From IMG/VR virus record IMGVR_UViG_3300042196_000163, positions 10,030 to 74,029 of that record: a stretch of 64,000 bases of DNA, one strand, 5' to 3'. Shown in pieces: positions 35,054-42,610 of the stretch. How positions within the stretch are numbered: position 1 is the first letter of the stretch; every line of letters begins with the position of its first letter. A model generated the notes under the pieces. That model was not told the DNA's origin, searched no databases, and saw nothing but the letters and a program-made list of their open reading frames with translations. The position numbers were made by a program, and so were the translations under genes. Origin of the DNA: a virus (Duplodnaviria; Caudoviricetes).

Positions 35054-36460
35054 ATGATCTACGGCTCAGTCTGCAGCGGCATCGAGGCGGCAACTGCCGC
35101 TTGGCATCCGCTGGGCTGGCGGCCGGCGTTCTTCAGCGAGATCGACAAATTCCCGCGCGCCGTGCTGGCGCACCACTACCCGACCGTGCCGCTGCACGGC
35201 GACTTCACCACGATCGAGGCCGGACAATATGCAGCTATCGATGTTCTCGTCGGAGGCACGCCCTGCCAGTCGTTCAGCATCGCCGGACTCCGCGGCGGAC
35301 TGGCCGATGATCGTGGCAACCTGGCACTCGAATACCTTCGCCTTGCTCAACGCCTTCGGCCCCGCTGGTTGGTTTGGGAGAATGTCCCCGGCGTTCTATC
35401 AAGCCTATCCCATGAAGCGCCCGATCCATGTGCGCCGCCGCCACCAGTGGATATGGAGCTCGACGGACAAGAAGTGGCAACTGAAGACGACTACGGAAGC
35501 GAAGAGCTACACGCCCTCCAGTGCTTCCTGGCCGGAGTTTCAGAACTCGGGTATGGGTGGTCCTACCGGGTATTTGACGCTCAGTTCGCCGGAGTTCCAC
35601 AGCGCCGCCGTCGCGTCTTCGTTGTCGGATATCTTGGAGACTGGCGACCTGCCGCAGCGGTTCTATTTGAGCCCGAAAGCCTGCGCGGGGATCCTGCGCC
35701 TCGCCGAGAAGCGGGGGAAGGAATTGCCGACCCGCTTGCGGCTGGCACTCGCAGCAACGGCGGGTATCGGAACGACGCCGACACCGCAGCGAGCCTTGTC
35801 GCCAGCAATGGCGGACTGAGCGGCAAGGACGATCCCGCCGGCCGCGCCGACGCCGACGGCGGCAATAACAGCTCTGGGCCGATTGATGTCGCGACCGCGC
35901 GCAACGCCCATGCGGGACCGCATGGGCGGCTGGATTTCGAGAGCGAGACGTTCGTGACACATGCGCCGCGCGCCGACGGATTCGATGCGAGCGAGGACGG
36001 GACGGGACGGGGAACGCCACTGTGGCCCGTGTGCTACTCGATCATGCCCATGAACAGCGGCACCGATTACAAGGCGCGCGAGGTTGATGTTGCCCAGCCC
36101 GTGATGGCCGGCGGACCTGTCGGCGGGAATCAGGGCGGCGACTACATCGTGTTCTCGGCCAAGGACCACGGCGCCGATGCGGGCGAGATGTCGCCAACGC
36201 TGCGCGCCGGACCGCACCACAAGTCGCACGCGAATGCCGGGGTCATGCCGGCAGTGCTGTCGCCCGGGATGGCCGTGCGGCGCTTGACGCCACGGGAGTG
36301 CGAGCGCCTGCAGGGCTTCCCCGATGACTACACGCTGATCCCCTATCGCGGCAAGCCGGCGCAGGACTGGCCGCGCTATAAGGCGCTGGGCAACTCGATG
36401 GCGGTGCCGGTCATGCGCTGGATCGGCCAGCGCATCGATCTGGTCAACCGCTGCCTATAA
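35054..36460 (+). CDS. DNA cytosine-C5 methyltransferase
   Basis: SVCSGIEA; GGTPCQSFS; WENVPG; PQRRRRVF; RRLTPRECERLQGFP; YKALGNSMAVPV. Confidence 0.95.
   Translation: MIYGSVCSGIEAATAAWHPLGWRPAFFSEIDKFPRAVLAHHYPTVPLHGDFTTIEAGQYAAIDVLVGGTPCQSFSIAGLRGGLADDRGNLALEYLRLAQRLRPRWLVWENVPGVLSSLSHEAPDPCAPPPPVDMELDGQEVATEDDYGSEELHALQCFLAGVSELGYGWSYRVFDAQFAGVPQRRRRVFVVGYLGDWRPAAAVLFEPESLRGDPAPRREAGEGIADPLAAGTRSNGGYRNDADTAASLVASNGGLSGKDDPAGRADADGGNNSSGPIDVATARNAHAGPHGRLDFESETFVTHAPRADGFDASEDGTGRGTPLWPVCYSIMPMNSGTDYKAREVDVAQPVMAGGPVGGNQGGDYIVFSAKDHGADAGEMSPTLRAGPHHKSHANAGVMPAVLSPGMAVRRLTPRECERLQGFPDDYTLIPYRGKPAQDWPRYKALGNSMAVPVMRWIGQRIDLVNRCL
35229..35819 (+). CDS. Possible overlapping +1-frame ORF inside the C5 methyltransferase
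   Basis: ATG with GAGG 9 nt upstream; contains SLSDILETG..RFYLSPKACAGILR. Confidence 0.35.
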   Translation: MQLSMFSSEARPASRSASPDSAADWPMIVATWHSNTFALLNAFGPAGWFGRMSPAFYQAYPMKRPIHVRRRHQWIWSSTDKKWQLKTTTEAKSYTPSSASWPEFQNSGMGGPTGYLTLSSPEFHSAAVASSLSDILETGDLPQRFYLSPKACAGILRLAEKRGKELPTRLRLALAATAGIGTTPTPQRALSPAMAD

Positions 36461-36472
36461 TTAAGGAGTTCC

Positions 36473-36817
36473 ATGCGCCTCGCTGATCTCGATCCCCGAT
36501 GGCTCCTGCGCGGCGAGGAACGCTGCGGCCTGATCTTCCGTTGCCCGCACTGCCGGAATGTCTGGCTGACCTGCTTCTTTGCGACCTTGCCCAGGGAGGA
36601 GCAGTTCCGCATCTGGGGGAACAACGGCGGCGAGCTCGACGAAGATGGCTGGCCGGAGAAGGGCGACACCGTGGTGTTCTGCAGCCCCAAGGCGAAGTGG
36701 TCGATCATCGCCGGCTCGACGTTCGAGGATCTGAGCGTGACGCCCTCGGTTGATGCCAGCGCATCGGGACACTGGCATGGTCACCTCACTGCCGGCGCGA
36801 TCACCGGCGGGCTATAA
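36473..36817 (+). CDS. DUF6527-like protein (second copy)
   Basis: LIFRCPHC..WS..LSVTPSVD..GHWHGHLTAG. Confidence 0.6.
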   Translation: MRLADLDPRWLLRGEERCGLIFRCPHCRNVWLTCFFATLPREEQFRIWGNNGGELDEDGWPEKGDTVVFCSPKAKWSIIAGSTFEDLSVTPSVDASASGHWHGHLTAGAITGGL

Positions 36818-36831
36818 TTAAGGAGCGTCAG

Positions 36832-37083
36832 GTGACCGACATGATTCAGCGGATCGCGCGGGCGCTTGCTGCCTTACGAAAAGAGGAAGATCGGGCCGCT
36901 GGATTTCCAATCGTTGAGAGCCGATATGCCCCGCCGTTGGCGATGGATATCGGTGCCGCTGAGTGGGCCATTGCAGCGCTCGATCAAGGCGGCTATGTCA
37001 TCGTGCATCGGGACATCAGCCCGTTTAAGACGACAGAGGCCGCAGCGGCGGTCTATGAATCATATCTTAAGATTCGTCGATAG
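36832..37083 (+). CDS. Hypothetical protein (last array gene)
   Basis: GTG after CTATAATTAAGGAG. Confidence 0.55.
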   Translation: MTDMIQRIARALAALRKEEDRAAGFPIVESRYAPPLAMDIGAAEWAIAALDQGGYVIVHRDISPFKTTEAAAAVYESYLKIRR

Positions 37084-37138
37084 GCAGCCCGCGCGCCGAG
37101 GAAAGTCGTTTCCCGAATTCGCCGTCTCAGGTCAAGCG

Positions 37139-37180
37139 AAGGCCGCCGATCCCGGAAGGGGCCGGTGGCCTTTTCGTTTT
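37139..37180 (+). terminator. Intrinsic terminator after the right array
   Basis: aaggccgccg...cggtggcctt stem followed by ttcgtttt. Confidence 0.7.
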
Positions 37181-37309
37181 CCGGCCCCGTGGGCGCCGCT
37201 GCCGCCGCCACCGGTGGGCACTAGGGGCCAGCGCATGGCCCGCGCCAGCGCCCCCGGCGCGGGGCGACGTGGGGCGGTTCAGCGGCACCGGTGCCCGGTC
37301 CCGGAAATC

Positions 37310-37495
37310 CATCCAACTCCGGGCGGGTTTCGGCCGCTTTTATGGGCTGGAAAGTTGGACGGAATGGCGGTTTCCCGCGGGGTAGCAGCGAATTACAAAA
37401 CCGCTGCTCTACCGCTGAGCTAATCCGGCATTTCAAGGACTTAGCATATTTTCGTCCAACTCACTTGGCGGCCGCCAGTTGGATGCGTCCAACTT
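37310..37495. repeat. Five copies of RAGTTGGAYG-like motif (integrase arm-type site candidates)
   Basis: At 37310(-), 37352(+), 37453(-), 37476(+) and 37486(-), flanking the core. Confidence 0.7.
37393..37429 (-). other. attP core: 5' half (37 nt, through the anticodon loop) of tRNA-Thr(UGU)
   Basis: The - strand reads GCCGGAT TA GCTC AGCGGTA GAGC A GCGGT TTTGTAA and then diverges; 31 nt from the integrase stop. Confidence 0.85.
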
Positions 37496-38564
37496 TGTCC
37501 CGCGCGCGGGAGCGTTTTAGCTTGCCCATTGCCGTCTTGGCAAACCGGTCATCGGGCAGGACGTAGACCGACACCACGCCGCGGGTCTTGTGGCCGGTGA
37601 TGGCCCGGATCTCGTCGTCGGTGCAGCCGGCCCGGCCGAGCGCGGTCGCCACGGTGCGGCGCAGATCCGCGAAATGCAGATCCTTGGGCAGCTCGGCCTG
37701 TTCCCGGATCCAGGCGAACCAGTGCTGGAAGTCGCTTTCCTGATAGGCCCGGCCGGTGACCTCGCTGACCACGATCTGGACGGCCGCGGCCTTGGGCGCG
37801 GCGTCGATCGCCTGGCGCAGATCGGGCAGGATCGGAATCAGCATCTCCTTTGCCGTCTTGGCCTGCGTCAGCGCAATGTGCCGGCCTCGGTCGGCCGAGC
37901 GTGGCATGGTGAGAATGTCGCCGGGCCTTTGCCCGGTGCACCACGCCAGCATGACCGCCAGCGCGATCGAGCGGCGGCCCTCCTTTTCGGCCTGGCGACA
38001 GAACGTCACGCGCTCGTTGTCGGTCCACATCCGCGCCCTTGGTTTCGGCGCCTTGATGCGCAGCTTGCGCGCGGGATGGATGTCGATCCAGCCTTCATCC
38101 TCAGCGACGCTCAGCAGCTTGCTCAGCGTGGCGGCGCAGTGCCGTGCCACGTTGGCCCCGCGCTTATTCTTCATCTCCCGCAGCCACGTCTTGACCGATT
38201 TGCGCGTGATCTCCGCGATCGGGATGTCACCGACCCAAGCCTCGACGATAGCCGCATAATATTTATGGTCGCGCTGCGTGCGCGGCTTAAGCGCGTTAAA
38301 GGCTTCGTTTTCCGGGCTCTCGTAAAGTCGCCGGAGCGCCTTGAGCGAGCCCTCCGGTGCCAGCGCCTCGGCCGGTTGGCCGGCGTACCAGCGGTCGAGG
38401 CCGTCGTTCAGATCCTCGGCTTCCTTGATGGCCGCAGCGGGGCTGTCCGACAGGCGCCTGACAAGGAAGCCCGCGGCGACCAGCTTCTCTGTCGGCTGCC
38501 AGTAAAAGGCCGGGCCGCGCCTACGCGGTTTTTCGACCAGGTATCGGACCTTGATTTTTCCCAC
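37461..38564 (-). CDS. int: Tyrosine integrase
   Basis: TGQRPGD (R); TQAKT (K); FADLRRT; TGHKT; SVYV (Y). GTG start inferred at 38564. Confidence 0.92.
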   Translation of the reverse strand: MGKIKVRYLVEKPRRRGPAFYWQPTEKLVAAGFLVRRLSDSPAAAIKEAEDLNDGLDRWYAGQPAEALAPEGSLKALRRLYESPENEAFNALKPRTQRDHKYYAAIVEAWVGDIPIAEITRKSVKTWLREMKNKRGANVARHCAATLSKLLSVAEDEGWIDIHPARKLRIKAPKPRARMWTDNERVTFCRQAEKEGRRSIALAVMLAWCTGQRPGDILTMPRSADRGRHIALTQAKTAKEMLIPILPDLRQAIDAAPKAAAVQIVVSEVTGRAYQESDFQHWFAWIREQAELPKDLHFADLRRTVATALGRAGCTDDEIRAITGHKTRGVVSVYVLPDDRFAKTAMGKLKRSRARDKVGRIQLAAAK

Positions 38565-38820
38565 GCGCGCGCTCCAGCAGCTCGGCCTCGAAGTCGCGCT
38601 TTTCCCCGGGAGGGCATTCCAGCCCGTAGCGGCGCGCGAGCCACGCGTCAACCTGTGCTTTCGAAAACGTGTTGTAAACGGCGTCGGGCCTGGGGAAATC
38701 GGGGATAGCGGGGATATGTCCACGCAACCAGGACTCGCTGCGCCGAAATGCGTATTCCGCCGCCTCGGCCCACGTCATGGTGGCCGGCTCGAAACGGTGG
38801 CGGTGGCGGCGCGCAGTCAT
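38521..38820 (-). CDS. Excisionase-like winged HTH protein
   Basis: MTWAEAAEY..SESWLR..FPRP..FSKAQVDAWL; overlaps the int start. Confidence 0.7.
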   Translation of the reverse strand: MTARRHRHRFEPATMTWAEAAEYAFRRSESWLRGHIPAIPDFPRPDAVYNTFSKAQVDAWLARRYGLECPPGEKRDFEAELLERARGKNQGPIPGRKTA

Positions 38821-38833
38821 GCTACGGCCCGTG

Positions 38834-39145
38834 TCAGGTCCGGATACCGCCCAAGGGCGGCGCGGAAGAAACAGAAGGCGCGCCGGTCAAGTCGGCGATC
38901 GTCTTGCGTACCACGTTGCCGACGACCTGCGCGGCCGCACCCGCGGCGCCGTTCTCCGCAGCGATGCGATCGGCGACCGCCGCTGCCCATGTCAGCCCCC
39001 GCTCGTAATAGAGAATCTCGGACGGCGTCGGCAGGCAGGCGTGATGATGCGCGCCAACATGGGCGACGAAATAGAGATCGAACGGATGGCTGATCGGCTT
39101 GCCGCAGCGCACGCAGTTGCATATCGGCTTTTCGTGGTCACCCAT
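38834..39145 (-). CDS. Hypothetical protein with Cys/His motif
   Basis: CNCVRCG..HHHAC. Confidence 0.5.
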   Translation of the reverse strand: MGDHEKPICNCVRCGKPISHPFDLYFVAHVGAHHHACLPTPSEILYYERGLTWAAAVADRIAAENGAAGAAAQVVGNVVRKTIADLTGAPSVSSAPPLGGIRT

Positions 39146-39161
39146 TGACGACAGCACTCCC

Positions 39162-39410
39162 CTAACCCTCAGACTTCACGATCTTTAGTTTTGGCTGCAT
39201 TCCGGCGGGGGCCATGTGCCAGCGAGGAACGGGGCGGGTGCGGAACTCGCAGAACACCATCCCGTCCTGGATCGACCGCGAAATGGGCACGTAGAAGCGA
39301 AACCCCATTTCCTCGTGCTCAAGATCGCCTTCCATCATGCCGCGCGTTACCTCGTGGCGGAGTTCGTGAAGCAGCCGCTCAATGCGCTCTTGGCGGTATT
39401 TGTCGCTCAT
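39162..39410 (-). CDS. Hypothetical protein
   Basis: ATGA-coupled in the leftward operon. Confidence 0.6.
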   Translation of the reverse strand: MSDKYRQERIERLLHELRHEVTRGMMEGDLEHEEMGFRFYVPISRSIQDGMVFCEFRTRPVPRWHMAPAGMQPKLKIVKSEG

Positions 39411-39652
39411 CGGCTCTGTTCCTTGATCTCGGCTTCGATCTTAGTGGCAATCTCGGCGGCGGCCTCTCGCGCGGCATTGAGATTGTCGTGTTGCCCCCAA
39501 ACGCCGCTCCAGTCGTCATAAGCCCGCGCGATCTCCGCACCCCGGCGGAGGCCAAGGTTGTAAGCTTCCAACGAAAGCGTCACGTAATTAACAACGCCAG
39601 CATGGCGCAGAACGAATTGGCAGAAGAATTCGATTGGCTTGAATTCGCTCAT
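39407..39652 (-). CDS. Hypothetical protein
   Basis: ATGA-coupled. Confidence 0.55.
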   Translation of the reverse strand: MSEFKPIEFFCQFVLRHAGVVNYVTLSLEAYNLGLRRGAEIARAYDDWSGVWGQHDNLNAAREAAAEIATKIEAEIKEQSR

Positions 39653-40293
39653 ACCCCACCCCCAGCGAGATGGGCGCGCAAAGCATAAGCGCTGGCGTCA
39701 AGCACAAGCCGCGCGCCCCCACAAATTTTCCGCTGCTGCTCGTCGAGCGACACGCCCTGAGCAATATTGAAAAGGATGTTGGCCGCCGGACCGATGGCAT
39801 TGAGGGCAGCGGCGATATCTTGGCGAACCGCCTCCGGCAGCCCGTCCTTGTCCTTCTTGCCCTCGGTGTAGCCTTGGGCGTGGGCGGCTTGGGCGACCTT
39901 CGCGATGAACTTGTAATCTTCCAAGCTGCCTTGCCACGCGAAGTTACGACCAAACCACGTCATCGCATCCCAAGGCGCCCCCTTGTCTCCCGTGGATGGA
40001 GAGGAGGTGGTGGGGGCATCATCGAAGTTGAACGGCGGAGGCGGTGCGCCCTTGATGATCTTCGCGTAACCGATCACGTCACCGGGTTTCGCCTCTGCGG
40101 GTGTGGCGCGCTCCCGCTGGGCGGAAAGTTCGGCCAGCATGGCATCGGCATACTCGTATGCCTTCGCTGCCAGCAGGTCCGGCCTGTTGTGATAGGCCTG
40201 GCCAAGCGCGGGGATTGCTAGCGCCTGCCCGGCGAAATAGTCTCGCAACTGCCCCGGCGTCAGAGCGGCATCCGGTCCTGGGGTGGGGATCAT
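39649..40293 (-). CDS. Hypothetical phage protein
   Basis: LRDYFAGQAL..AAKAYEYADAML is a common small phage-protein motif. Confidence 0.65.
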   Translation of the reverse strand: MIPTPGPDAALTPGQLRDYFAGQALAIPALGQAYHNRPDLLAAKAYEYADAMLAELSAQRERATPAEAKPGDVIGYAKIIKGAPPPPFNFDDAPTTSSPSTGDKGAPWDAMTWFGRNFAWQGSLEDYKFIAKVAQAAHAQGYTEGKKDKDGLPEAVRQDIAAALNAIGPAANILFNIAQGVSLDEQQRKICGGARLVLDASAYALRAHLAGGGV

Positions 40294-40312
40294 TGCTTCA
40301 CGTTCTCCAAAG

Positions 40313-40341
40313 AAAAGCCGCGCCCGGTTAAGAGCGCGGCA
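40313..40341 (-). terminator. Intrinsic terminator
   Basis: gccgcgc/gcgcggc stem followed by TTTTCTTT on the - strand. Confidence 0.6.
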
Positions 40342-40345
40342 GTAA

Positions 40346-40690
40346 CTAAGCGGCTTCGTAAAAGTCTTCCTTCGCGGCGTGCGCCGGGTTCAGCTCGCGG
40401 CATTTGTTGTTGATCTCTCTAATGCCGTCATCGGCTACCAAAGAATTTGTCGGCTCCGAACGGCCGTACCAAAGTTTCATCCCCGGCTTGCATGAACCAT
40501 CTTTTGAGTGTTCGGCGTATTCAGCCGTGACATGCCAAATACTGACCCGCTCAACTTCGACAGTCTGTTTTGTGCGGCGCGGTTCCGAGTAGTGCCACTT
40601 GATTTCACCGCGTCGCTGTTCGATCCAGACCGGGATTAGGTCGGCAGACAGCAGGTTGACGCGCACGCCCCATCGTGTGTAAATCGCCAT
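40346..40690 (-). CDS. Hypothetical protein (stand-alone unit)
   Basis: GGAG RBS; extended -10 TGGTAGAAT at 40748-40756 on the - strand; own terminator. Confidence 0.6.
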   Translation of the reverse strand: MAIYTRWGVRVNLLSADLIPVWIEQRRGEIKWHYSEPRRTKQTVEVERVSIWHVTAEYAEHSKDGSCKPGMKLWYGRSEPTNSLVADDGIREINNKCRELNPAHAAKEDFYEAA

Positions 40691-40873
40691 GTTCATCTCC
40701 ACATTGTCAAAGAGCATTGCCGGCCGTTTCCCCGACCGGCAATGTTGATTCTACCATAGCGGGTTTCGCGTTTTCGGCCGCGCGCGACAAGATCAATGAG
40801 TTAGCGTCGGCCTCACATTGAATTTGTTGCGAAACAAAATTTGAGATTTTGCTTTTTCGCATTTTCATCGCCA

Positions 40874-41155
40874 TCACGTCTTCTCCTTCTGGCTCACCTC
40901 AGCCGCGATAGACGAGGGGTTGAGGGCGCGCGTCATTGGCGGATTGAATGGGGCTTCTTCGTGTGGTCGGATCATCCAACCGGCGAGCCAAAAGCCTCCA
41001 TCGACCTGCGTTAAGCGATGCCATGTCGAGCCGTTCGCCTTCATCTTGACAAGCGCTTCTTCAATAGGTGGCGGGTGCCCTGGCCCGTCGATGTAACTCC
41101 AGAAATCAGGCTCAACAGGTTCCCGGCTCAACTGCGGTTTCTCTTCCATCGTCAT
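40874..41155 (-). CDS. Hypothetical protein
   Basis: ORF in operon orientation. Confidence 0.55.
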   Translation of the reverse strand: MTMEEKPQLSREPVEPDFWSYIDGPGHPPPIEEALVKMKANGSTWHRLTQVDGGFWLAGWMIRPHEEAPFNPPMTRALNPSSIAAEVSQKEKT

Positions 41156-41324
41156 CGATCCTTATTTCCCTGCAGAACTTGCACCCGGCTTGTTGCGCCG
41201 TCACAGCCTCGTCGCCCTCCAAATCGCAGCGCGGCGGGCCTTGGCAAACCCATATCGAAACGTATTTCTTCGCCGCCGCCTCGATGCCCGCCTTGACGCC
41301 CTGGAGGGTGGAGGGGGATGTCAT
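41112..41324 (-). CDS. Small Cys-containing hypothetical protein
   Basis: C..C...C..C pattern; ATGA-coupled. Confidence 0.5.
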   Translation of the reverse strand: MTSPSTLQGVKAGIEAAAKKYVSIWVCQGPPRCDLEGDEAVTAQQAGCKFCREIRIDDDGRETAVEPGTC

Positions 41325-41635
41325 TGCTTAAGCACCCCATTGAAGCGCGCGACAGCAGCCTTGTACTCATCGGAGTCAGGCAGCGGGCCGGTATATGCGT
41401 AGAAGCATTCTGCCCTCGGATCGACTTCCGTAATCAGAATGTCCACCGGATCGCGACCATTGCATTCTTTGTTGAACGGCGCGTAAAGATGCAGCCAAGG
41501 CCCGATCTTGCCGTCAATAATGTCGATCTTGATGTGGTCTAGCGGATTTGCCCACTTCGGATCATAGACGCGCTGGATGCCACGACGGGCTGCCTCAATG
41601 GCCGAAAACATCGGCACTGGCTTTTGCTTTGGCAT
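41321..41635 (-). CDS. Hypothetical protein
   Basis: Coupled ORF. Confidence 0.6.
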   Translation of the reverse strand: MPKQKPVPMFSAIEAARRGIQRVYDPKWANPLDHIKIDIIDGKIGPWLHLYAPFNKECNGRDPVDILITEVDPRAECFYAYTGPLPDSDEYKAAVARFNGVLKQ

Positions 41636-41920
41636 CTACTTCCCCTCCAGTGGAACAGAGAGAAGGCCAGCCGCGCGCGCTTCGGCCAGAAGGTCAGCCC
41701 TCTTAGCGTAGGCATGCGCGGATGATGAGGTGCCAGCAAGGAACCCGATTGACGATTCCTCCAACATGCGCGCCAACCGCTGCGCCAGATCGCGGAGCTT
41801 GGCGGTGTCGGATTGGGCCGCAAGTAAGCGGTTGATATCTTCGCGCTGCGCCTTTATCTGCGAGTAGGCTTCCGCCAATTGGTCCTCTGTGGACGGCCAC
41901 GGCACTGCTTTGTCGCTCAC
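41636..41920 (-). CDS. Hypothetical coiled-coil protein
   Basis: GTGA-coupled. Confidence 0.5.
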   Translation of the reverse strand: MSDKAVPWPSTEDQLAEAYSQIKAQREDINRLLAAQSDTAKLRDLAQRLARMLEESSIGFLAGTSSSAHAYAKRADLLAEARAAGLLSVPLEGK

Positions 41921-42189
41921 GGCTTCGACCCCTTCATGGCTCTGATGATCGTGGCGATGTCCTTTTGCGTGACGATTGCGCCGGCTGCCATCGTGCAACT
42001 CGCGCCCTCGCCAATCACGTACACGTCCGCCACCTTCGCGCACGCTTCGATCTGGTCGTGGAGCGCCTTCTCGATGGCGTCGGCCACAGCTTGCTCATCA
42101 GGCCCGATCTGGAAAAGAACGCAGTGCGCAATCTCCTCCGCCACACGTCGCGGCGTCATCTCTGGGGCCTTCAATCCGGGGCTTGGCAT
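41917..42189 (-). CDS. Hypothetical protein
   Basis: EACAKVAD motif is common in small phage early proteins. Confidence 0.5.
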   Translation of the reverse strand: MPSPGLKAPEMTPRRVAEEIAHCVLFQIGPDEQAVADAIEKALHDQIEACAKVADVYVIGEGASCTMAAGAIVTQKDIATIIRAMKGSKP

Positions 42190-42389
42190 CGGCCTTCTCC
42201 AAATCGAGAGTTGTTTCGTTCCGCCCACCCAGCATTGTGTTCTTCGAGGCTCTCGCTGTAGGCGTACACGCCAGCCCATGAAAGCAGCCAGTTGTGCGCG
42301 CGGTAGTACCAGCGGGGCCAATCCCACAGCGGCGTGAATCTCCAAACCCAGTAGGCGAGATGGCAGAGATGCCAGCCGGTGCGGGTCAC
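42171..42389 (-). CDS. Trp-rich hypothetical protein
   Basis: Coupled ORF. Confidence 0.5.
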   Translation of the reverse strand: MTRTGWHLCHLAYWVWRFTPLWDWPRWYYRAHNWLLSWAGVYAYSESLEEHNAGWAERNNSRFGEGRCQAPD

Positions 42390-42610
42390 CGCCGTTCCCC
42401 CGCGTCGAAAAGGATGTCGCTGGCATGCTTCTCAAAATACCAGCGCGGCGTTCTGCGAAGCTCTTTACTCAGGCGGATGATGTTCTTGCGGAGATTGCCT
42501 TTCCAAACCTCTCGCCAGATGATCGTTTCCGCCGTCTGCTCGACGACAAACGCCTTTGCTTTGTTGAACTGATATGTCGCGCCGGCCTGAATGGATTCGG
42601 GCGGCATCAT
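42386..42610 (-). CDS. Hypothetical protein
   Basis: ATGA-coupled. Confidence 0.55.
   Translation of the reverse strand: MMPPESIQAGATYQFNKAKAFVVEQTAETIIWREVWKGNLRKNIIRLSKELRRTPRWYFEKHASDILFDAGERR

Larger units (their letters stand above)
31214..37083. repeat. Dispersed intergenic linker, consensus CTAG/TAA-N(1-3)-AAGG-(C)CGCG-N(0-5)-start, about 16 copies
   Basis: + strand copies near 32750, 33027, 33260, 33519, 33720, 33990, 34137, 34344, 34519, 35040, 36456 and 36813; - strand copies near 31941, 31670, 31420 and 31216. Confidence 0.85.

Noticed and set aside
31214-37083. CRISPR array or integron interpretation of the repeated linker
   Set aside because: Copies are degenerate and spaced 140-1400 nt apart by whole ORFs. 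No cas genes, no attC-like palindromes, and the integrase is phage-type.
37393-37429. Functional tRNA-Thr gene
   Set aside because: Only the 5' half is present; no 3' anticodon stem, T-arm or acceptor 3' strand follows.
37590-38708. 372-aa forward ORF
   Set aside because: Antisense shadow of the integrase.
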